DNA from: Candidatus Bathyarchaeia archaeon
Lineage (GTDB): Archaea; Thermoproteota; Bathyarchaeia; 40CM-2-53-6
DNA length: 64,000 nt
NCBI GenBank assembly: GCA_049513715.1
Contig: JBEKVV010000001.1
Span: forward strand, 320,001-384,000
Reading direction: 5' to 3'
Position 1 is the stretch's first letter. Each line of letters opens with the position of its first letter. Below are positions 51,922 through 58,975 of this stretch, one piece after another. The notes under the pieces were generated by a model that worked only from the letters and a program-made list of their open reading frames with translations, searched no databases and had not been told where the DNA came from. Made by a program: the position numbers and the translations under genes.

Positions 51922-52217
51922 CTTGTCTCTTCACCGCCATGTGAATGAATTGTACACTCCTCGCAGTTAGATCTCTGTGAACTGACGAACCACGGAAGGA
52001 GCCTTTCTCAAGCCCTCTGGAGCGTGTGACCGCGGAGCATTGACATTAGCCATTCCGAATTCAAAAGATGCTTTGTCTTTCCAAATTGAGAGCGCGGCCG
52101 AAGCCAAAGCCAAGGCGGCCCAGAAAAAAGATGCCTAGCATATGTTATACACGAAGAGGAGGGTGAATACACTGGCAGGCTCCAGGCATAAACATCGACT
52201 CGGTTCCGGGTGGAGAT

Positions 52218-52443
52218 TGGTGGGGCCGAAGGGACTCTCCTGGTTCAGGGTGGAACCATTTTGAACCCTCGACTTCCGCCATGCCGTCATGTCTACGGGT
52301 TTCTTCGCTCCTGAAGTTCGTCATTCCGAACTGGTCCGCAAACCCGGAGGTTTGGTCTTCTGGAGCCCTTGGCGGGATCTTTCCCTGTCGTCATCCCTGG
52401 CTAGAGACCGCCGCTCAATCCGAATCATTGCGCCTACGGCCCC
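52218..52443 (-). tRNA. tRNA-Trp(CCA) with five introns (10/11, 28/29, 37/38, 45/46, 59/60) and encoded CCA
   Basis: Six exons (52434-52443, 52387-52405, 52360-52368, 52293-52300, 52260-52273, 52218-52234) join into a canonical 77-nt cloverleaf. Each junction pair forms a BHB-like motif. Confidence 0.87.
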
Positions 52444-52679
52444 ACACGGGTCGCGACAGGGCGGCCCCAACCACAGAGGCGTGGGAAGTTGCTATATGGA
52501 TTTTGGCCCATAGCCGCAGTTGATTTGTCACCTAGACGCCGCCGTGAGGCCAATGTTTTCGGTATGGCCAGCAGAGAGTTGTGCAGCGAAAACGGCGGTT
52601 GGCTTGCACCCACAAAGGCGCGCCGAGCGTCGCCGCCAACTAGTAATATCCGACCAACATCAAATCTATCCGAACAACG

Positions 52680-53894
52680 TTGATCAGGATAGGCCTGATT
52701 GGGAAAACCAACGCGGGCAAAACAACGTTTTTCAATGCAGCCACCCTGCTGAGTGCCCCGGTTTCAACGTACCCGTTCACCACGAAGAAGCCCAATATCG
52801 GGCAAGCCTACGTGCGCACGGTCTGCGTCTGCAAGGAACTTGGCGTCAGGGATAACCCGAAGAATTCAACGTGCATTGGCGGTGCACGCTTCATCCCCGT
52901 TCAACTGATCGACTTACCGGGACTGATCAAAGGCTCCTGGATGGGAAAGGGGTTGGGGTCCCAATTCCTCAGCGTAGCCTCCCAAGCGGATGCCCTCATT
53001 CACATCACCGACGCCTCTGGAAGCCTCGATGCGGACGGAAAACTGACGAAGCCGGGTATGGGAAACCCCGTATCCGATGTGTACGATATTGAGGAGGAGC
53101 TTGTCAGGTGGGTCTCCAAGAACATCGAAAAGACTCTCAAGAAGATGAGGAGGCACTCCAAGAAAGGTGCCTCGACCGTGAGTCTCCTTGAACGAGACCT
53201 AGCTGGCCTGAAGGTCACACCCGACCACATTGTCAAGGCTCTTGAACTAAACGGTCTCATGGATAAGGACCCGGGGAAGTGGAATCGTGATGACCTGTGG
53301 AACTTTGCGAAGAGTGTTAGGCAGATTTCAAAGCCAACCCTCATAATTGCCAATAAGATGGACTTGTCGCCGGCCGAAAGGAACTACGCGAATCTCGCGA
53401 AGGAGTTTGGCCAAGCTTTCGTTCTTCCGGCCTCCAGCGATGCAGAACTGGCGCTAAGGCGTGCGGAGCAGAAGGGTTACATACAATACCTGCCGGGCGA
53501 GGAAGTGTTCCGTGTGAAGGACAAAGAAAAGCTAACCGCTGATCAAAGGGAAGCGCTAACCTATGTTCAACAACGCGTCTTCTCGAAATGGATTCAAACT
53601 GGCGTACAATTCGCCATCAACACGACTGTGTTCAAGCTTATGGGCATGAACACGGTCTACCCCGTTGAGGACATTGAGAAACTCGCAGACAGGAAGGGCA
53701 ACGTGCTGCCCGATGTGTTCCTGGTCCCATACGATGCCACTGTCAAAGAGTTGGCCGCACAGGTTCACTCGGATTTGGCCAAGACAATGCTCTATGCGAT
53801 TGACGCGCGCGCCAAGATCAGGCTACCTGGTGATTATAAGTTGAAAGATCGTGATGTCGTGAAGATAGTCGCGGCCACCAAGGGAAAGGGCTAG
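52680..53894 (+). CDS. ychF: Obg-family ATPase/GTPase YchF (archaeal type)
   Basis: GKTNAGKTT, YPFTT, DLPGL, NKMD and a C-terminal TGS domain. Confidence 0.93.
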   Translation: MIRIGLIGKTNAGKTTFFNAATLLSAPVSTYPFTTKKPNIGQAYVRTVCVCKELGVRDNPKNSTCIGGARFIPVQLIDLPGLIKGSWMGKGLGSQFLSVASQADALIHITDASGSLDADGKLTKPGMGNPVSDVYDIEEELVRWVSKNIEKTLKKMRRHSKKGASTVSLLERDLAGLKVTPDHIVKALELNGLMDKDPGKWNRDDLWNFAKSVRQISKPTLIIANKMDLSPAERNYANLAKEFGQAFVLPASSDAELALRRAEQKGYIQYLPGEEVFRVKDKEKLTADQREALTYVQQRVFSKWIQTGVQFAINTTVFKLMGMNTVYPVEDIEKLADRKGNVLPDVFLVPYDATVKELAAQVHSDLAKTMLYAIDARAKIRLPGDYKLKDRDVVKIVAATKGKG

Positions 53895-54451
53895 GACCTG
53901 ATAACCTTCAGCAAATCAGCCCTTGTAATAATCCCCAATATGCGCCCTCGCTTGGCAACGAGCACTGCGGGCTCATACTGAAGAAGCGCTGAAACCGTTG
54001 ATAGGGGTGTTTCTTCGCTAACTGTAGGGAAAGCCTCATCCATGATCTTCTCCACTGACTGCTTAGAGACATCGTCCGGGTTTGGGGCGGAAACAAGTTT
54101 CTCAAGGATGATCTTCTCGGTTAGGCTACCGACGACTCGGCCGTCGCTGAAAACCGGCAACTGCGAAAAGCCTGTCTCACGCATGACGCGCACTCCCTTC
54201 GCCACTGTTTCATGTGACTGCACTCCGACGATTTTTCCGTGGCTGACCACTTTTGCCTTCACCTCATTTCGTCGTTCTAGACTCTCCAGGGTGTCGAAGA
54301 CTGCCTTGGTCTTCGTGTAAGAAGGACTAGTCCTTCCGCCCTCAATTTTCGCGATCATGGATTGGCTGACCCCTGCGAGTTTGGCGAGTTGCTTCTGGTT
54401 CAGCGTGAGGAGTCGCCTGCGCCGTCCAATCTCTTCCAGTTTGGGTAGCAT
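53891..54451 (-). CDS. XRE-HTH plus CBS-pair transcriptional regulator
   Basis: QKQLAKLAGVSQSMIAKIE.G..PSY, then SQLPV and GIITRADL. Confidence 0.92.
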   Translation of the reverse strand: MLPKLEEIGRRRRLLTLNQKQLAKLAGVSQSMIAKIEGGRTSPSYTKTKAVFDTLESLERRNEVKAKVVSHGKIVGVQSHETVAKGVRVMRETGFSQLPVFSDGRVVGSLTEKIILEKLVSAPNPDDVSKQSVEKIMDEAFPTVSEETPLSTVSALLQYEPAVLVAKRGRILGIITRADLLKVIRS

Positions 54452-54541
54452 GCCCTACGACCTGTTTCCGAAGGTTATTCCTAGGAGAAATGGATAGGAA
54501 CATAGCTTTTGGAATACTGAATCGTCAAGAAATGAAACAAT

Positions 54542-55027
54542 TTAGGCGCGCCAGGGGTCTACCCGGTCGTAAGTGATCTGTCTAGCTTGGTTCGTGGCTA
54601 TCTCAAACTTGAAATGGTCAACGGGTGGAACGGTGTTCTTCACTAGCATCTCGTCAACTATTTGGCACCAATCACGGAACGACTTTATTATGGCCTGCCT
54701 TGTGACGGGTTTAGCTGTCAGCATCCAATTGAAGAACTTGGCCGTTCGCCCGTTAGGGAACTTCTGCATCGCGGCTTTCATGAGTTGCTTAGAGGTGGGA
54801 ACCGTCGAACGTTTCACGAGTTCAAAGAAGCCTCCATCAGTTGATTCATACCCATGCTTTTCTCTAGTTATCATGCGCTCACGTTCCAATCGGTGAACCT
54901 GCTTCCAAACCGTTCGACTACTCCACTTCCTCCTGAGTGCATATTGGCTGCACGGGCCATGCATTGCGATGTGTTCAAGGATTTCCAGTTCTTTGCCTAT
55001 TGGTTCAAATGATCGCGTCATTCTCAA
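54542..55027 (-). CDS. Winged-helix regulator (putative repressor of the element)
   Basis: ILEHIAMHGPCSQYAL...TVWKQVHRLERERMI...GYESTDGG; divergent from the RHH gene. Confidence 0.65.
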   Translation of the reverse strand: MRMTRSFEPIGKELEILEHIAMHGPCSQYALRRKWSSRTVWKQVHRLERERMITREKHGYESTDGGFFELVKRSTVPTSKQLMKAAMQKFPNGRTAKFFNWMLTAKPVTRQAIIKSFRDWCQIVDEMLVKNTVPPVDHFKFEIATNQARQITYDRVDPWRA

Positions 55028-55028
55028 G

Positions 55029-55052
55029 ACCTGTTTACAGGGGTAAACAGGT
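55029..55052. promoter_or_regulatory. Perfect inverted repeat ACCTGTTTAC-N4-GTAAACAGGT (putative operator)
   Basis: 10-bp arms in the 72-bp gap between the divergent regulators. Confidence 0.7.
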
Positions 55053-55099
55053 AAGCTCCACCTTAAAACTATTAGCTCCTACTACTGAATAATAGGGAA

Positions 55100-55249
55100 A
55101 TGAGTTTGCTCACCATCAGGTCGCTATCCCTAGATGAAAAGCAACTGTCAGAACTCGAACGCGTAGCCAAAGGCGAAGACCGCAGCGTTTCCTATCTTGT
55201 TCGACAAGCCATCAATCAATATCTCAAGAGTAAGGCGGCTGCGTCTTGA
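55100..55249 (+). CDS. Ribbon-helix-helix (CopG-like) protein, 49 aa
   Basis: MSLLTIRSLSLDEKQLSELERVAKGEDRSVSYLVRQAINQYL. Confidence 0.88.
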   Translation: MSLLTIRSLSLDEKQLSELERVAKGEDRSVSYLVRQAINQYLKSKAAAS

Positions 55250-55413
55250 CTTCTTCATCAGCATGCACTTGGTGCTCAAAACAATTCAGGGCAGCCAGCC
55301 AGGAGGAACTTGGGAAACTCATGAACCAACATGAGCCCGCATGCCCGAGGAATCCTAACACTTTCAATGCCGCTTTGCGCCAACTCGTTGATCAGAAACA
55401 GAGGTCGTCCTAG
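55246..55413 (+). CDS. 55-aa C2HC zinc-finger microprotein
   Basis: CTWC...H...CPRNP; TTG start overlaps the RHH stop (TTGA). Confidence 0.65.
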   Translation: MTSSSACTWCSKQFRAASQEELGKLMNQHEPACPRNPNTFNAALRQLVDQKQRSS

Positions 55414-55416
55414 TCC

Positions 55417-55533
55417 TTGGCAATTTCCCTTCCCTGCGTGAAATGCAATCAACCAATCGGTGAACTTCACGATCCAACTTTGGTCGACAAAATCAGTCGG
55501 CATATGCAACTATGCCCAGGAGCCAAACAATGA
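55417..55533 (+). CDS. 38-aa C2HC zinc-finger microprotein
   Basis: PCVKCNQPIGELHDPTLVDKISRHMQLCPG. Confidence 0.6.
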   Translation: MAISLPCVKCNQPIGELHDPTLVDKISRHMQLCPGAKQ

Positions 55534-55634
55534 CTCGTAAGCCTCCGCATGACTTGACGTTAAAGCGAGAACGGGTTTCTAGTGCTGGAACCTCTGCTTA
55601 TGGTTTATTCGGCTGGGGAGATCGAGCCCAATGA
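55530..55634 (+). CDS. 34-aa hypothetical microprotein
   Basis: ATGA overlaps with both neighbours, suggesting translational coupling. Confidence 0.45.
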   Translation: MTRKPPHDLTLKRERVSSAGTSAYGLFGWGDRAQ

Positions 55635-56203
55635 AACGCATAAGGCTACATCACTCAAAGCGGCCTATTACACTGGAGGAGTTAGGGCGCCGAGTTAACG
55701 CAGAACAGAATCTAGCAGACAAAATCGAGGCGACAGTAAAACCTCAGATAGAAGCATACCTCACGGCTTTGAAGTATCCGAAAGGCATGATGTCCACGAC
55801 CGACAGCGCCGAAGTCCGCGACATTCTGAGGCGTATGGAGCGACAGGTTTCCCCCGGTCATAAATTAACCTTTCAAGATGAATCACGAATCGCGAGGACA
55901 GTTGAGGCTATGAGTCAAACCATCGTACCTTTCTCCGACGCGGAAATTGACGAGCAAAGAAAGCAGATTTCCAGTCTAGTATTTACGATGATTCGCTTTG
56001 CCAAGGAAAACCAACGTCTTCAGGATTTGAGAAAAGAGCAACTAGAACTCCTAGAAACTGCGAATAGGCAACTGGAACTTATCACACGCGGAAATGCTTT
56101 GCTGATTTCCCTAGGTGAACTCGAATCAAGATTACCCGCTATAGTCGATAGCTTACACACTTCTCTACCAAAATTCGGCAAACGGTTAGGGGTAGCCTCA
56201 TAG
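55631..56203 (+). CDS. Hypothetical coiled-coil protein
   Basis: Heptad-rich C-terminal half. Confidence 0.7.
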   Translation: MKRIRLHHSKRPITLEELGRRVNAEQNLADKIEATVKPQIEAYLTALKYPKGMMSTTDSAEVRDILRRMERQVSPGHKLTFQDESRIARTVEAMSQTIVPFSDAEIDEQRKQISSLVFTMIRFAKENQRLQDLRKEQLELLETANRQLELITRGNALLISLGELESRLPAIVDSLHTSLPKFGKRLGVAS

Positions 56204-56451
56204 TGGCGTGGGAATTGGGGAAACATATGAACGTCCAAGTCACGGGCTGGGGCGCTAGGTTTCTTCTTTCACCTAGCACAAAAAGGGCGCAAGTTTTCAC
56301 GTCGCGGTCTAGGTTTCCCGCCTCGTGTTGTTTCCTTGCGGCCTTTTCCTGGCGCCTCAACCCGAGACATTCACAATCACAAAGAAACCGGCAGGGAGCC
56401 ACCGGTACAGCGCTTTGGCCCCCGTCTTTGCCCATGTGGAGGCAATGAATT

Positions 56452-57600
56452 TTGATTTTTGCGGATAAACAGGTCTTCAAGGAAACATATGTGCCTGACA
56501 AGATCCTTCACCGAGATGACGCTATCTCAAAGATCCAGCATATTCTAGCCGACTTTCAGAGAAATGCCAAACCTCGCAACATCCTCTGCCTAGGAGGGTT
56601 AGGCACTGGCAAGACCGCTGCCCTTCGCTCTATTTGCAGGGAGCCACCTAAAGGCGTCAAAGCCGTCTTTGTGAACTGCGCCGAAACAAACACCCAGACA
56701 AGAATATTCAGGGCCGTTCTCGAACAACTCGGCGTCACGGTGAAGACCGGATTCCCTGGCGATTATTATTTGGGCTTGTTCAAGGCAGCCCTTCCACCAC
56801 GTCTAATTTTGGTATTTGACGAGGTGGATCGGCTGATTCAGCACAGGGAAAGCGAATACGAGGAATTGTTCTACACGCTGATGCGAACCGTCGACCCAAA
56901 GGAAGTTGTTCTAATAATGCTAACGAACAAGTTCAACCTGGAAACGTTTCTACTCCATGAACTCGACCCTAAAGTTAGGGACACTCTTCCCTTTGAACGG
57001 ATTGAGTTCCCTGATTATATGGCCTCGGAATTGAACGACATCATCTCCGCACGTGCAGAAATAGGATTCAATTCTTCAGCATATGACTCCGGAACAATGG
57101 CTCAAATCGCCCGCATTGTCTACGAACGTGGATTACGGGCTAGAGGGCTAATAGACCTAGGTCGAAAGGCAGGGGAAATGGCGGAATCAAAACAACATGA
57201 GAAAATCACTGAGGAAGACATCAACACAGCAAGCATCGAACTGCTACATGGCCGGAGCCTAGAGGTCATAAATCGGCTTCCACCCAACCTCCGCGCAATC
57301 CTAGCGATCATCCTACTCAAATCACCTATCATTGAAGAGGCTTACAGCCAATTCAAGAAGACTGCGCTTGGAAAAGATGTAACCAAGAACGTGTTCTACG
57401 GCTACCTAAAGGAACTTGAGACATTTGGCTTAGTCGAGAAGAAAACAATCAGTCGAGGATACGGAAGAGGCGTAATGGTTCGCCTCAGCGTAGCCGACGA
57501 ACTCAGAAGCATGGTAGCCGACAGCCTCGCAGACACCACCACCCCACCGGACCAAATGAATTACCACCAACCACTACCACCACTACAACCTACAATATAA
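56452..57600 (+). CDS. cdc6: Cdc6/Orc1-family replication initiator (element-encoded)
   Basis: F.ETYVPDKILHRD, GGLGTGKT, LVFDEVD, sensor segments and a C-terminal wHTH (YLKELETFGLV). Confidence 0.92.
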   Translation: MIFADKQVFKETYVPDKILHRDDAISKIQHILADFQRNAKPRNILCLGGLGTGKTAALRSICREPPKGVKAVFVNCAETNTQTRIFRAVLEQLGVTVKTGFPGDYYLGLFKAALPPRLILVFDEVDRLIQHRESEYEELFYTLMRTVDPKEVVLIMLTNKFNLETFLLHELDPKVRDTLPFERIEFPDYMASELNDIISARAEIGFNSSAYDSGTMAQIARIVYERGLRARGLIDLGRKAGEMAESKQHEKITEEDINTASIELLHGRSLEVINRLPPNLRAILAIILLKSPIIEEAYSQFKKTALGKDVTKNVFYGYLKELETFGLVEKKTISRGYGRGVMVRLSVADELRSMVADSLADTTTPPDQMNYHQPLPPLQPTI

Positions 57601-57670
57601 GAAATGAATGAAAATGTATCACCAGACGACGACAACAAATTCATTTAACGCGCTAGGGGTGGCGGGGGGT
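57534..57670. repeat. Bipartite inverted repeats around an A/C-rich core (candidate origin of the element)
   Basis: CACCACCCC-N8-AAATGAATT (57537-57562) versus AATTCATTT-N9-GGGGTGGCG (57638-57664). Confidence 0.45.
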
Positions 57671-57772
57671 CTTCTTTTGAGTAGAAAGGGAATTACCCGT
57701 AGAACCGGGTCTCTCGGGTCTCATTGTGTGTGCTGTGGTACACAAAACGCCATTATTGGAGGATTCTCCTGA

Positions 57773-58042
57773 ATGAGAAAGAAGATGGGTCAAGCGCGGC
57801 CGGGGAATCAGAACGCCAAGAAGACGCTTGCTTGGGTTGACAGTTTCGATCTAAGTTCCCAGGAGGGTGTCAGGCAGTTTCTTGCGGAGGTTGTCAAAGC
57901 CACTTGGACCGGAGACTTGGGTTCTAGGGCGGCGGGTGCTTTGAACGGGAGCCTTCGCCTTTTGCTGGAACATGAAGTTCTACCGCAACTTGAGGCACGA
58001 ATCAAAGTCTTAGAGGATAACAGGGGAATGAAAGGGAATTGA
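57773..58042 (+). CDS. Hypothetical protein with a terminase-small-subunit-like N-terminal motif
   Basis: GQARPGNQNAKK resembles the GxPxGNxNA motif; C-terminal LEARIKVLE. Confidence 0.55.
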   Translation: MRKKMGQARPGNQNAKKTLAWVDSFDLSSQEGVRQFLAEVVKATWTGDLGSRAAGALNGSLRLLLEHEVLPQLEARIKVLEDNRGMKGN

Positions 58043-58227
58043 CGAGAATCAAGAAGCTGAATGAACGCCTAGACGCTCTTGAGCCGAACCTAGTTTCAAA
58101 GGTAATTCGACCAATCATCTTTCGCGGTCGACGGATTGAGACAGCTCGAGACGTTGATGAAGTCGTGGAGCAGGGAGGCCGAACCTATGCAGCAACCGCG
58201 GAAACCGAGGAGGATGTTCAGAATTGA
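58039..58227 (+). CDS. Small hypothetical protein
   Basis: Overlapping start and stop; N-terminus IKKLNERLDALEP. Confidence 0.65.
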   Translation: MTRIKKLNERLDALEPNLVSKVIRPIIFRGRRIETARDVDEVVEQGGRTYAATAETEEDVQN

Positions 58228-58610
58228 CGAAAATCAGCAACCTTGAGGAACGCGTACATCGACTGAACCAAACAGAGGCAGTTATGCCACCGTTGCCGCC
58301 AAATTCTCAATGCCTAATCGGTAAGCTCGTTATTCGTGCTCTCCTAATCTGTGACCATGAAGACAAGTCGTCTAGTGTTGAGGCTACGAACGAAGAACTA
58401 GAGAAACTCATAGCTGAGGGCGGCGGCGAGAAATGGTGCAACAATCCGGCTGCCGTTGAGTCTCTCCGCTTAAGACGCTGGTTCATCGACCACGACAAAT
58501 TAGAGAACCTGATTCCTCGGCTATGCTACACCACCGAGATTAGCCAGGTTGACCGAGACATAGCGAACCAAGAGCAGAAACTAGAAACGAATCGGAAGGT
58601 AATTGCCTAA
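58224..58610 (+). CDS. Hypothetical protein
   Basis: GAGGA Shine-Dalgarno-like sequence, overlapping start and stop; N-terminus ISNLEERVHRL. Confidence 0.65.
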   Translation: MTKISNLEERVHRLNQTEAVMPPLPPNSQCLIGKLVIRALLICDHEDKSSSVEATNEELEKLIAEGGGEKWCNNPAAVESLRLRRWFIDHDKLENLIPRLCYTTEISQVDRDIANQEQKLETNRKVIA

Positions 58611-58972
58611 TGACGAAATCAGAACTCAAGAAACTAGGGACACGGATTGATTCACTAGAACCTAAACCAGTGAATGCGGCGAATACGCGTAGTGAGCTGC
58701 TTCGTGGCCTCGTAACTCTTGGCGAGGACGATCAAGTATGTCTCGCCTATCTGATTCGAGACCTAGAAAAGGAGAACGTCGAACCAGAGAACTTTGAGGC
58801 TTGGCTTTCTAAGCGGCCCGAGAACCAACAAGCGTTAGCGCGGAAGGTCCTTGCACCTCTCAAAGAAAGACTCGACGCCGGCGCCGCGGAGTTAATGCGT
58901 GATAGTGACCTTGCGAAAGCTCAAGGTCTCACCGAAGAGGCGAAAGGAGACGTGGCAAGTCACGGTGAGTGA
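58610..58972 (+). CDS. Hypothetical helical protein
   Basis: TAATG coupling; N-terminus LKKLGTRIDSLEP. Confidence 0.65.
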   Translation: MTKSELKKLGTRIDSLEPKPVNAANTRSELLRGLVTLGEDDQVCLAYLIRDLEKENVEPENFEAWLSKRPENQQALARKVLAPLKERLDAGAAELMRDSDLAKAQGLTEEAKGDVASHGE

Positions 58973-58975
58973 ATC

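Noticed and set aside
51940..52005. Box C/D sRNA candidate (GTGAATGA ... CTGA)
   Set aside because: Box C is off-consensus, internal boxes are unclear, and I could not identify a target.
52218..52443. Alternative reading as tRNA-Ala(GGC) or tRNA-Val(GAC) using the CCGCC/GGCGG stem
   Set aside because: There is no G3:U70 pair, no clean 7-nt loop with U33 and no consistent BHB junctions. CCGCC and GGCGG are better explained as intron BHB strands in the Trp parse.
52444..52470. Upstream copy of GGGGCCG and an 8-nt segment complementary to the exon 2/intron junction, as a possible sixth intron or leader
   Set aside because: No convincing BHB at any register, and matches of 7-8 nt are plausible by chance.
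54452..54541. attL or tRNA fragment at the left edge of the element
   Set aside because: No tRNA 3' half or direct repeat is visible; the partner site would lie outside the window.
56452..57600. Chromosomal oriC-associated cdc6
   Set aside because: It is embedded among orphan mobile-element genes near an integrase, and no canonical ORB was seen.
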